From: Chiloscyllium plagiosum
Taxonomy: Eukaryota
Reading direction: 5' to 3'
Length of the DNA: 64,000 nucleotides
Assembly: GCF_004010195.1 (NCBI RefSeq)
Contig: NC_057727.1
Span: 17,437,306-17,501,305 of the forward strand
How positions within the stretch are numbered: position 1 is the first letter of the stretch; every line of letters begins with the position of its first letter. Shown here one piece after another: positions 51,700 through 63,982 of the stretch. Below the pieces are notes generated by a model. That model made no database searches. It had not been told where the DNA came from and was given only the letters and a program-made list of their open reading frames with translations. The position numbers were made by a program, and so were the translations under genes.

Positions 51700-53330
51700 A
51701 GATGTTAACCATCACAGGACGCCATTTGGCCCATTGTGTACACACCAAAGATCTGACTACATTAAACCCATTTTCCATCTTTTGGCTCACAGCCCTAGAG
51801 GTAATGGCAATGCAAGAGAGTATCTAACTACTAAAATGTTGAAAGGTTCTGACTCCATGTTATTTCAGGCAGTAAGCTTTAGATTCCTGGAACAGTTCTG
51901 AATGAAAAAAACGTTAACTTCAACTCTCCTCTCAGCATTCTGCCTCAGTTAGAGTCCTACAGCATGGAGATAGGCTTTTGGCCCAAACTGGTCCATGCCA
52001 TCCAAAGTGTCCACTTACACTCACCCAATTTCCCTGCACTTGGTCCATATCCTTCTCAAGCTTTCCTATCCATGTATTTGTATAAATTCCTTTTAAATGT
52101 TTTTAATGTACCCAACTTAACCACTTCTGCTTACAGCTAATTCCATATGTGTACCACTTCTGTAAAAACAAATTTGCCACTCAGGTTCCCTTCTATTCTT
52201 TCCCCTATAGTCCTCGAATCCTCAACCCTGGGAAAAAGACTAACTGTATTCACCCTATTGATGCCTCTCATGATCTTATACACTTTTATAAGATTCCCCC
52301 TCAATCTCCTGCACTCTAAAAGAAAAAAAACTTAGTTTGTCCAATCTCCCTATAACTCAGACCTTCGGGTCCTGGCTACATCCTCGTAAATTTCTTCTGC
52401 ACTCACTGCAGTTTAATAACATTCTTCTCATAGCAAAGTGATCAAAATTGAACACAATCCTCCAAGTGCGACCTCAACGTCCTGTACAACTGCAACATAT
52501 CCTAACTTCTATACTTGATGTCCTGACTGATGAAGGCCAGTGTGCTAAAAGCCTTGCTCACTGTCCTGTCTACCTGTGACTCCATTTTCAAAGAACCATG
52601 CACCTGAACTCCAAGGTCTCTCTGTTCAACTACACTTAAGGCCCTGCAATTCACCATGAAACTCCTACCTTGATTTGATTTTCCAAAATGCAAGAGCGCA
52701 CACTTATCAATAGTAAATTCCATTTGCCATTTCTTGGCCTACTTCCCCAGCTGATTTTGGTTCTGCCGCAGTTTCCAATAACCCTCCTCACTGTCCATAA
52801 TACTGCTTATTTTAGTGCCATTTGCAAATTACTAACCATGCCTTGTACATTCTCATCCTCTTGTCTTAAAATCTACATTCCTGTGGTTATTGACCAATCT
52901 ACTAATAAAGTGCCTTCCTATCAACCCTCAATCTTGTGTTTCTCAGGTCCCATTTCAACCTTTGCTGCTCCAAAAGGAAACCAATTCTAGCCTGTCTAAT
53001 CTTTCCTTATTGCTAAAACCAAGCATCCTAGTAAATCTCTTCTGTGATATCTTTAGTGCAATCATATCTTTCCTGTAATTTAATCACCAGAACTGTACAC
53101 CATACTCCAGTTGTAGCCTAACCAGCACTTTTTAAAAGAGTTCCAGCATAACTTCCCTGCACTTGTATTCTATCCCTTGACTAATTAAAAAGTATTGCAT
53201 ATGCCTTCTTGACTGCCTTATCCACCATCCCTACTACCTTCAGGGATCTGTGGAATTGCACGCCAAGATCCCTCAGATCTTCTGTACTTCCATGAATCCT
53301 AACATTAATAATATATTCCATTTGGCCTTG
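51700..53330 (-). mobile_element. Nested CR1 3' fragments
   Basis: Minus-strand ORFs MEF..DKC.LLHFGKSN..EQRDLGVQVH and RDLGVQFHRSLKV; reverse tails at about 51710 and 51950. Confidence 0.85.
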
Positions 53331-53675
53331 CTGGACTAATTTCTTTCTTAATAAACCTGTGTTTCCTCTGCTTTCCAAGTTCTCATGTTTTAATTTATAA
53401 TTCCACCTTAACTCCCACCCAACTCTTCTGAATTACTTGCCAGGATCCCATCTGTGTGTTAATCTAACGAGGTGACCTAAAATTCTGCTCCAGGAAATGA
53501 ATGGAAAATGTTATTTCACAGATTAGGTGTTATGTTGCAGAAGGGGGCCAATCAGTCCACTGTACCTGCCCCGGATCATTAATTGAGCATCTACCATGCT
53601 CCTCCTTTTTCCCCATACCCAATTCCAAATCTTACTAACAACAAATACAGTCTAAAAGCCAAATGAGATACTGAC

Positions 53676-53787
53676 CTGTTTGATTGCAATGCTGACTCGT
53701 ACAGAATTTATTGAGCCCTCAATGAGGACTTTCTCCTTCTCATTCCTGCTGATGATCAAGGGCTGCAACAGCAGCTCTTTACTGCTC
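53676..53787 (-). CDS. ARPC4: ARPC4 exon 3
   Basis: atag|G AGC AGT..CAG|gtcagt; [37 protein letters not shown] (112 nt). Confidence 0.97.
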
Positions 53788-54102
53788 CTATCATGGGTCA
53801 AGAAAACATGCATTACTATCCCATACTTAGAATGCATCCGAGGGCTTTTCAATTATTTAGTGCCCCAGCACTAAATTTGTTTTGCATATAAGTGCATTGC
53901 TAGCAATCATCTTAAAAGTTATATACAGATTATATGCTTTCTGTTGCACTTTCCACAGAAAATCCAAAACTAAACATATTCAAATTTATCCCTAGAGTCA
54001 GAAAATTATACTGAATTTTTTCTTGCCCCCCTCAACTCCCTAGATGATGCTTAGTGAAAACTGAAAATTAACCCAAATATTTAGCTACCAAGTATGCCCT
54101 AC

Positions 54103-54218
54103 CTCACTTCCACTTCAGGTTTATTATGGCGCTCCACAACTTGTGATGAGAAGTTTTCCAAGCAGAGTGCAGCTTGAAGTGTGGCACGGACTGCATTCAG
54201 GTACGGACGGAGTGTTGC
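54103..54218 (-). CDS. ARPC4: ARPC4 exon 2
   Basis: caaaag|GCA..GTG AG|gtaggg; [39 protein letters not shown] (116 nt). Confidence 0.95.
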
Positions 54219-54446
54219 CTTTTGAAAGGAGAGATAAACAAAGTAATAAAGCTTAGAAGACCATCTGGGCAATTGCAAGGACTACATCCATATTGGAAAT
54301 ATCCCATTTTAATCTGTACATTAAAATTTATTTCATTACAAAACATTTGTTAGGACAAGTATAGTGTCATGGATGACAGCTCTCAGGATAGTGGACTATG
54401 TCATTTCATTATTTCCCTTTAACTAATGGGCAAAGTCTACTATCAG

Positions 54447-54674
54447 GAGAAAGTGAGGACTGCAGATGCTGGAGATCAGAATCGAAGAGTGTGGTGCTGG
54501 AAAAGTATAGCCAGTCAGGCAGCATCTGAGAAGCAGGAGAATCAACATTTTGGGCATAAGCTCTTCATTAAGGCTTCATTCACTCCTGATGAAGGGCGTA
54601 TGCCCGAAACATCAATTCTCCTGCTCCTTGGATGTTGCCTGACTGGCTGTGCTTTTCCAGCACCATACTCAATA
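54447..54674. mobile_element. Palindromic Penelope-terminus-derived insertion with TSD
   Basis: tctactatcag at 54436-54446 and 54675-54685; two inverted copies; + strand core CTGATGA-a-GGGCgtatGCCC-GAAA from 54586. Confidence 0.88.
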
Positions 54675-55699
54675 TCTACTATCAGTAATGGTGAACAAAA
54701 ATAAAATTAAGTAAACCAAACTATACAGCAATACTGGACAGCCAGCTAATCATAGTTAAAGCACAGAAAATAAATAATAGTGGTTTGAGTAGCTCTAGTT
54801 AATCTACAGCAAGCACCTATTTGTAAACTAGGTTCAGGCACAATTGCTAAATATACCACACCCACTCCACTTTAAACTCATCTGTCACAAAACACTGACC
54901 AGCAAGACAGTCAACACATGTATGGTGGTATACACTGAGCACCATGGGAGAAAACCCAAAAGTAAATTGAATCCTACCATTTGTTGACCATATATGATTT
55001 TAACTCCTTTATGTTAATTTGGGTGACAGGTTCTTCCCCAAAGGCCTTTAATGAACTAATGGAGTCAGTATTTTTTTAAATCAGTATAAGCATTATTACC
55101 ATTTTTTTTAAAAAGAAAATCAAATTCAACTTCTCAAACTGCTATAACGAAATTTAAAGAAACTTTTTCCCCCGCCATGGCTTCTAATTGCTACACTAGT
55201 AATTGAACATGCTACCACACAAGTAAAGCATGCACTTCACATGGGAAACTTGTCTGATTACTCAGAAATTCACACCTAGAACTTGAAATAGAAAATTAAC
55301 TCATTATAATTCAACTTTAATAAGATATTTTTGCCAAAAGCAGCATCATGTTATGTGAATACAGTAATAACTGAAAAGTAACAGAACATAATGCCATATA
55401 TAACTTCTATTGCGTGCGCTCCCTCAACCTCGTACAAGTTTCAAGGAAAGTACAGACTTTACATCTATATACAATCCTGTAAAAGAAGCAGAGTCAAACA
55501 CTAAACCGCAAACAACCTTGACAAGGCATGCAGCCCCCACTGACAGCCCTAAGTCAGAACATGGAATAAGGTGGCCAAGTGAAAAGTTCTCGGACAAGAA
55601 ACACTGGCTGCAATCAGGAATCAGCAACTTGGCAGGTACCAAAAACTAGAAAGAGGCCCACAATCAATGCCTTCCCTTCCTCATCTCCACTGAGGAGGA

Positions 55700-56185
55700 T
55701 GCGGGGGCGCGACTGGGTCAAAGAATGCCGTATGTAAGGCATTCCTAATGGAAAGCAGAGGAAGAGTACCACGGTCGACTATTCAATATAGAGAGCGCGG
55801 TGCAGCAGCCGGCCCAGCCCGGATATCAATCAGTTCAGCCCTGGCCCAGTGACAGGAAGCGCTGGGTGTGGAGCTCTCCCCTGTCCTCGGGGAACGGGTG
55901 GGGCCTTGATACCGCTTGAAGCCGTTACTCCGGCTGACTCCGGAGCTCCCAATTATTTACCCCGCCACCCCTGTCCGTACTCCCAGCCGGAGTGAGCCCA
56001 CCGCCCTGTTTGCCCCCATCCCATTCAGGGACCCTCTCCGCGCTGTCCCCCCCATTCACTTACCATCGTCTCCCCGGAAGGCGGAAACGTTCTCGGCGCG
56101 TGCGCAGCCGTGCCTCTGCTCACCCCTCCCCAACCCGCTGCAGGATGACTACACTGCGAAGTGGAGGAGGGGGCGATAGGCACTC
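55700..56185. promoter_or_regulatory. CpG island / bidirectional promoter of ARPC4 and TADA3
   Basis: CpG-rich segment in CpG-poor DNA; tandem ETS/GABP-like CCGGAAG-GCGGAAAC at 56074-56088; NRF1-like GCGCGTGCGCA at 56096-56106; divergent genes on either side. Confidence 0.85.
56064..56066 (-). CDS. ARPC4: ARPC4 exon 1 (start codon only)
   Basis: ggagacgATG|gtaagt, with a purine at -3 and a perfect donor. The joined CDS is 504 nt (167 aa plus stop). Confidence 0.9.
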
Positions 56186-57839
56186 ATTCTAATGTTTCAT
56201 CGTCGTTTCTTTGTTGCAGTTCCAATCAGATATCATTGACAGAAGTTGCTTAACTTTGTTTATCCAAATAAAACTTTATTTCCTGTTCCTTAAGCTTTTG
56301 AAGCAGCCTAAATGAACACAGTTGTTAATTTTACACCCCTCAAAGTCGTATCGACTTCACACACCCTGGATTAGGTGAACTTTTAACATTTACCTTGTCG
56401 TAAGCATGAATTTTATTTTCATATTATTTACATGCAGCTGCAAAACAAATAAAGTGAAATATTTGAAACATTATTGATCTAAACAACTGGTCTTTCCCAG
56501 CAGAAGCACGTAACGAATGTTGTATTATATATCCTTCCCCCCTCCTCTGCTTGTGACATTGGGCTGGTCCAAAGGCGCCGGAAAAGGACGTGGGCTGAGC
56601 CACTGTAACAGAAAATGTGGGGAGAGTTGGGGGGTGATTGACTGCAAAAGATGGCACTATTGTGGAGAATGTGTATTCTGTAGCTGTCCCTTTGCTGTGT
56701 TATTCATATGATAATTTAGATGAGGTGAGATTGAAACGGTTGTTCGGCTATCTGCGACAAGAGTGACCAACTGTATGTTCGACATCCCCTCCTTCCCAGT
56801 AGTGGCAAAGCCGCAGATGGAGCCAGTTCCCAGGTAAAATGTAACAAAGTCCTGATGAAAATATAAGGGAGCCGGCATCTAGCAACAAATGACTGTTACC
56901 GTAACTACCTGCAGACACTACTCCTTATTGCATTGCAGCCTGAAATCACAGGTAGTTTGTGTCTTGGTCACTGGGCACCTGGACAAAAAAAAAGACCTTT
57001 TATTTCACAGTTGGAATCTAGTGGTTAAAGCAAGAGGAGCAGGTCCATTGCTGATTTCAAGACTAGCAAAAGGTGAACTGGCAGCTGGACTTGCAAATTG
57101 TGGTCTTGACACAAACTGATCTTACATCTTCACTAATGCCCTGGCCTTCCTGTGCATGATAGCAAGTCAGGCAGATAGATAGTGGGACAGAGAAAATAGT
57201 TTCTTACTGCCCTCAGTAGATGACAGAAGATGAAAACCGAATGTCATTTTAGTCCATGATACAATTATCATCCAGCAATCTCACCATTGCTCTTTGTTAC
57301 AGTGTAGTCTTGTTTCCAAATTATTTGCATTACACCTTATGCGCAATTTGATACTATCGCCTGAAAAGTCCGCTTTCATATTAACGATTAACACTCTTTT
57401 TTGGTCAAATGCTTTCAGACGTTTAAATTGTTCTGCTATTTTTTGAATAATAGGTACTCCTGGGTGTGAAGTCACTATCCTTCCACCTGTTTGAAATCCA
57501 AGCCAAGAGCAATGAATTAAAAGCTAACTGTAAGGACATAATATGAAATTAATTGGCCAATCCCAATTCTTAATACTGTAGCAGAAATACAAAATTGCAC
57601 TTGTTGAGCAGAGTTCATAAACTGTATGTGTGAATTCAGAGTAGAACATAGTGTTAGAGTAAGGGGATCTTGGTTCTGTTATTGACTGTGTTACTCTGAA
57701 ACTGTATATATAAGAGAGTGACACTTCAAGTCTCTCATTATAATTAAAAAGTGCTCCAGTTTACATCCTTTACCCTGAGCACAAAAAAGATCAAACAACA
57801 AAAATGGAAATGATTGTCTTATAGGAGAGATTGCAAAAA

Positions 57840-58300
57840 AGAATGTTTTTGGGAATGAGGACGATGAGGACTTTCAGTTTGAAAGTTAGATCGAAGAAAC
57901 TGGAGCAGTTCTTGGAGAAGAGAGGAGTGAGAGGAGATCAGATTGAAATATTCAAAATCATTTGAGACCTGGAAAAAGTAAATAGGGAGGAATGTTTCCA
58001 CTTGTGAACGGATCAAGAATGAAAGGGTACAGGTAAAAAATCATTAATTTAAAAAAACAAATGTGATATGAGGAAGTCATTTTTCACACAGTGAGTGTTT
58101 AGGGTCTAGAATACACTACCTGTGAGTGTTTTGGAGAAGATTCAATTAAAGCATTAAAAAATGGAATTAGACGGTTATTTTAAAAGATGAATGTGCAGGA
58201 GTTTGGAGAAAAGACAGTAGAATGGCACTAGGTGAGGTGTTCACTTTGAAGACCTAGTACAGACATGCTGGGCCAAATGGCAGCCTTCTGTGGCTCTGTA
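57840..58300 (+). mobile_element. CR1 3' end
   Basis: GDQIEIFKI, FFTQ.V motifs and the tail tgggccaaatggc. Confidence 0.7.
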
Positions 58301-58885
58301 TAAAAGGCATTTTACTATAGATACCAAAGTTGAAATAATGGAATAGTTGGTTTATAAACAGAAAGCAGCTGAATCCGCAGCCACTACCAACCTGAGGTAA
58401 AAGAGGCAGATCTTGAGTCAATAAAGGAAAATGGTTAAACTGGTTTAGTATTTATAATTTCAACTGACTCATAGACTAGAAAACTCAGCTAGAAGAAGTG
58501 ACAAAATGCTCAGGAAATAAATGGTGTCACTGGAATAAACAAAAAACAAATTGGTGGTATATTGAATACATTTTTAATGGCACTTCACATTAATGATGCT
58601 ATCACTTAAAAAAATCGTGGCCCTGCGCCAAGGGATACTTGTTGACCCTCTGATTTTTCTGGATGATTTTGAAGAGCTTGTTTCAATTATAGTACTTGTT
58701 TTTAAAATCTGTTTGGAAGCCATCAGTCCGCTGATAGACTAGAGAAGTTTTCACAGTCTTCATTTCTTGCACCCGTGTAATAAGCCTTGCACTTGCTATG
58801 TTATTATTAATCAGAAATACTATGTACAATTTGAATCAGGTTAGTTTTCTTTACAGATATTAGACAAACTTTCTACGTGCTCAAG

Positions 58886-59092
58886 ATGAGTGAACTAAAA
58901 GACTGCCCACTGCAGTTCCATGATTTTAAGCCAGTAGATCATGTGAAGATGTGTCCCCGCTATGCAGCTGTACTCTCACGCTCTGAGGATGATGGAATTG
59001 GAATCGAGGAGCTGGACACATTACAGCTGGAGTTGGAAACACTCTTGAGCTCAGCGAGTCGGCGACTGCGCATACTAGAGGCAGAAACACAG
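58886..59092 (+). CDS. TADA3: TADA3 first coding exon (exon begins at 58857)
   Basis: MSELKDCPLQFHDFKPVDHVKMCPRYAAVLSRSEDDGIGIEELDTLQLELETLLSSASRRLRILEAETQ; ttacag| acceptor and CAG|gtaaga donor. Confidence 0.97.
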
Positions 59093-59445
59093 GTAAGAAT
59101 GATGCATGAAGCTATTTGGCTGCATTCACTGGAGTGGTAACTCACCATAGTTCTTCTAATGGAGGAACAGTAAAGAGGAATAAATCACTAGTGGGAATAA
59201 TCCAAAACAACCCCCACCCCAAAAACAACCCATTAATTTTGATGTAGAACAAAATATACAAGAAGAAATCTTGGCACCTTGTGAAAAAGGGACAACAATA
59301 ATTGAGTAATTTTACTCTACATACAATCTGAAAAAAAATATTGACAATAGTACCCCATCAATAATGAGTTCATAGAATACTTTTGAGAGCAGCATGTTTT
59401 GGAACCAACTAGAGAGCCGAATATACCAGACTGGATATTGTGTAA

Positions 59446-59565
59446 GGAGAAAGTGAGGACTGCAGATTCTGGAGATCAGAGGTCGAGAAAAGCACAGCAG
59501 GTCAGGCAGCATCCGAGGAGCAGGAGAATCGACGTTTCGGGCAAGAGCCTTTCATCAAGAATGGG
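59446..59565 (-). mobile_element. Penelope-terminus-derived short element with 10-bp TSD
   Basis: tattgtgtaa at 59436-59445 and 59566-59575; mutated core TTGATGA..GAAACGTC on the minus strand. Confidence 0.85.
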
Positions 59566-59699
59566 TATTGTGTAATGTGAATAATGGCTCCTATGGGCAG
59601 CAGTGATCAAATATGATTGAATATCACATCCAATTTGAAAGGGAGAAGAATGGGTCTCAGGCTAGTATTTTAAACCGAAGTAAGGGCAAGCGTTTGGGT

Positions 59700-60650
59700 A
59701 TAAGACCATAAAAAAGGAACAGAAATAAGCTGTTCAGCTACTCGAGCCTGCTCTGCCATTCAATAGGATTATATGACAATTCTCTTTTTTTTGTCCTTTT
59801 CCTGTAATCCTTGAGTCCCCCACTGATCGACAATCTATCTTTCTCAGCCTTAAATATGTACAAGGACTCTGCCTCCACAGCAGTCTGTGAGAAAGCGTTC
59901 CAAAGACTTATAACCCTCTGAGGGAAGAAGTTCCTCCTCATCTCAATCTTAAACTGGTGCCCCTTTACTCTGAGATCCTGCCCTCTGATCCTAGAATCAC
60001 CCATAAGGGGAAATGTCTTCTCAAAATTGACCCTGTCAAGCCCTTTAAGAGTTCTACATGTCTCAATGAAATCACACTCATTCTTCTAAACTCAGTAAAT
60101 AGAGTCCCAACCTGTTTAACCTTTGATCAAAAGACAGACCCTAAATACTAAGGAACATGCTGTTGAACCCTCTCTCAACTGCTTCCAATGAAATAATATG
60201 TTTCCTTAAATAAGAGGACAAAAACAGTTCACAGTAATCCACAAGTGCTTTCACCAGTACCTTGCACAGTTGTAGTAAGGCTTCCTTACTCTTATAGTCT
60301 AAGCCCTTAAAATAAGGGACATCATTCCATTAGCATTCCTGATTACTTGCTGCATCTGTGTGCTAACATGTTGTGTTTTGTCCACGAGTACTGCCAAGTC
60401 CTTTTTGTGTTGCAGCTTTCTGCAGTTTTCCTCTTATGGTCTTACTTAAATTATACTCAGTTCTTTTATTCTTCCTTCCAAAAAGAATAACTTTGCATTT
60501 TCCTACATTATACTCCATTTGCTAAATTTTTGCAAATGGAGTATAACCTATCAATTCCTCTCTGTAAAGTATTTGTATCCTCCTCACAACTTTTCGACTA
60601 TTAATGTGCCAACTGCATCTTGTCTACAGTACATTCACTACTTTCCTCTA
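59700..60650 (-). mobile_element. CR1 3' part
   Basis: Minus-strand ORF GDSRIRGQDLRVKG..RRNFFPQRVISLWNA; reverse tail taagaccata. Confidence 0.85.
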
Positions 60651-60654
60651 AGTC

Positions 60655-62960
60655 TCGAAGGCATGGAGTCATTAAGGCATGAACATCTGAGATTGTGGAA
60701 GTGAACTGGGATTTAGGTTAGGGGATACTCAGAATATTTCTACTGTAAAGAAAAGTTGCAATGGGAAGACCCAACATTTGGGGTTAAATAAAAAGTTAAG
60801 GAAAGCCCTCAAACATAAGCAAAAGGTATATAATTGCATGAAATGAGTAGCAGGTCAGAATATTAAAACAGTCAGAGTATGACAAAAGTTAATCGGGACA
60901 AATAAATTAGAATATGAGAAGAAGCTAGCTAGACATGTAAAACAGACAGCAGGAGTTTCAATAGCTATTGAAAAGAAAAAGAAAGTAAAGTAAGCATTAC
61001 TTTTCTAGAGGGTGAGAATTTGGAGTTAATGGTTGATAAGAAAGAAATATCAGATGTAATGAATAATTATTTTGTTTCTGTCTTCTCTGTAGAGGACACA
61101 AAAGCATACCCCAGTAAATCACAAAGTTGAAGTAAGTGAGTACTTTGATGGAAATACAACGCTAAGAATGCAGTACTGAGCAAATGGATGGAGCTGCAGG
61201 TTGATAAGTCTCTGGGTCCTGATGGACTTCATCCTAAGGTCTTAAAAGTGTTAGTTTCCAAAAATAATTAGATTCTAGAAAGCTTCCAGCAAACTGAACA
61301 AAAGCAAAAAAAAACATCATGTCAAGAAGAGAGGGAGTGAGAAAATCGGAAACTATAGGCCAGTTAGCATAATGTCTGTCTGGGGTATCATTTTAAAATT
61401 GATTGGTAAGGACATTATAATTGGGCACTTGGAAAAACTCAAATTTACTGTACAGAGCCAGTACATTTTAGTGGAAGGGAAATCTTGTGTAACTAATTCA
61501 TTGGAATTCTTTGGAGGATGAACATGTGCTGTGGATAAAGGGGAGCCTGTTCATGCACTATGCTTGGGTATCCAGAAGGCATTTGACAAGGTGTCACATT
61601 AACAGTTAACGTGTAAACGTAGGAGCTTATGGTGTAGAATGGTACATACTGGTGTGAATAGAAGATTGGCTGGCTAACAGAAAACAGTTAACGTACATAA
61701 ATGGGTTTTTTTTGATTAGCAGAATGTGGTGAATGGGTCCCACAATGTGTTGGGCCCTCAGCCTTTTACACTTTATTAGATTAGATTAGATTTATTAGAT
61801 TTGGAGACCAAAGGCTAAATTTTCAGATAATGCAAAGGTAGCAATGTATGATGTAAAGATGGCATAACAAGAATTAAGTAAAAGAATGAAGAATACAAGT
61901 TAAGTGAATACTCAAAAATATGGCAGATGGAGTATAATGTTGGAAAATATAACAATTTGACAAGAAGAATGAAACATGTATTATTTAAAGGGAAAACAAC
62001 TGCAGAATTCCAAAGTGCAGAGGATCTTTTCTTTCTACTTATCTATGGGACATAGGCCTCACTGCCTCGGCTGTCATTTATTGCCCAGAGGACAGTTAAG
62101 AAACAACTATATTAGTGTGTCTGGAGTCAGGTGTAGGCCAGACTGGGTAAGGATGGCAGATTTTCTTTCCGGAAAGACACTTGTGAACCACATGGGTTTT
62201 ACAGCAATCGACACTGGTTGCCATTAGGTTAGCTTTGTTTCGAATTAAAATTTCAACATCTGCCATGGTGAGAATTGAGTTCATGTTCATTTGCCTGGAT
62301 TTTGGATTACTAATCCAATTACATCACCAGAATGCCACAGCTTCCCGAGTGGGTGTTCTAGATGGTCCAGTGCATAAGTCACAGAAAATTAGAATGCTGG
62401 TACAGCAAGTGATTAAGAAGACTGAAGGAATGCCATCCTTCCATATGAGAGCAATTGAACATAAAAGTAAGAATATTGTGCTTCAGTTATACAAGGTGAG
62501 GCTGCAACTTGAATATTGTGAGCAGTTGGTCCCCTTATTTAAGGAAGAATGTGATTGCACTAAAGATGGTTCAGAGGAGGTTGATATCTCAAATAAATTC
62601 ATTGTCCTATAAGGAAAAATCGGACAGGTTGGGTTTATTTCCACTGGAGTTTGGAAGAGTGACAGCCAATTTGCTTGAAGTTTATAAGATGCTGAATGGT
62701 CTTGACAAGGATGTTTCCTCTCATGGGTGAATCCAGAACTAGGGAACACTATTTTAAAATTAGGGATAACCCTTTAGGACAGGGATGGAGGTGGGTTCAT
62801 TAATTGTTTTTAAGGTAGAGGTCAATAGATTCTTATGAGCCCAGGTAACCAAAAATTATTGGGTTTAGATGGGAATGTGGAATTTGAAACGGAAATATGT
62901 CAAACATGATCTTACTGAAGGTTTAAAGGGCTAAATGGTCTATGGCTGTCCCTCATTCAC
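60655..62960 (+). mobile_element. Decayed CR1 ORF2, interrupted by a SINE
   Basis: KSLGPDGLHP, GNYRPVS, QKAFDKV and WSPYLRKNV..LKMVQRR motifs. Confidence 0.8.
62028..62347 (-). mobile_element. Probable SINE in reverse orientation
   Basis: Interrupts the CR1 between gcagaggatct and gggtgttcta; reverse strand starts gggaagctgtggcattctggtgatg, resembling a tRNA-like head. Confidence 0.55.
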
Positions 62961-63158
62961 ATTTTGAAGTTGGTATTATCACTTGCCCTGTCGCCAGTTT
63001 CAGAAAAAGATTCTTAAATGCACTACTGTGATAGTTGTAGTTTCCACCCACTTGTGTTCTCTGACTGAGGTAGATAAATTGGTAATCCATTTCAATCCAT
63101 GTCACCAGCTGTTACATGGTTTTCACTCTTTCAAAAGCATTTAAACTGTTGATTTTAG

Positions 63159-63409
63159 ATCCTCACAGATTGGCAGGATAAGAAAGGAGATAAGAGGTTG
63201 TTAAAATTTGGGAAGGAACATGAGCATGGAACACCACAGAAACACGGAAAACCCAAAAAGCAGAAAATCGATGGAAAAGGCAGCCATGGAACTGGACCTG
63301 GTCCTGGACGCCCGAAGTCAAAAAACCTACAGCCTAAAATTCAAGAATATGAATTTACAGATGATCCCTTGGATGTTCCCAGAATTCCAAAGAATGATGC
63401 CCCCAACAG
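63159..63409 (+). CDS. TADA3: TADA3 coding exon 2
   Basis: ttttag|ATC..AAC AG|gtagga; ILTDWQDKKGDKRLLKFGKEHEHG..GPGPGRPKSKNLQPKIQEYEFTDDPLDVPRIPKNDAPNR (251 nt). Confidence 0.97.
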
Positions 63410-63982
63410 GTAGGATCTCTCAGAACTTAACACATATTCCATTCTGTATCTTTGTCAAATTGGAACTGCAGGCTAGGTATGACCTAATTGAATTTAATTT
63501 CCTTTAGGAACCTGTTGCAGGAATAGGCACTGGTACGTCTGCCCATCTTCACATTATTTACTGCTTGTGTTCTGTCTCCCGCTCTCTCCGCAAACTATTT
63601 TCCAAGTTACCTGGAGGGAGATAAATTAATGCAAGGAAAAGTAAAAGTCTGAAATTGCTTCTCTCTCGCACTCACACACATGCACCATCCACAATCTGTT
63701 TTACTTTAACGGGAATTAATTAAATTCCATGAGCCTCTGTGCTCTGTCTCTCTCGCTGTTGTTCTTGACACTGTTTTTTGATACCTTTTATCAAGTGAAC
63801 ATAGATACATTGAAGAGTGACAAAACTCTATAGCTCCTTTTGTTCAGAATCTAAAGTCATGAGTTGCTGCAAACTGATTTTTGAGTAACTTTGTTGACAA
63901 CAGTTTCACATTTACTGGATGCCAGCAGTGAGTTTTCTGTAGTAACAATGAGTAACTTCACATCTTCTCATACCTTCTGCAG

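Noticed and set aside
55690-55760. ctgagga plus gaatgcc/ggcattc hairpin as a hammerhead
   Set aside because: The hairpin is not adjacent to the core and GAAA is misplaced.
56144-56192. Plus-strand MTTLRS.. resembling the ARPC4 N-terminus
   Set aside because: Wrong strand and only a few residues; at most a uORF.
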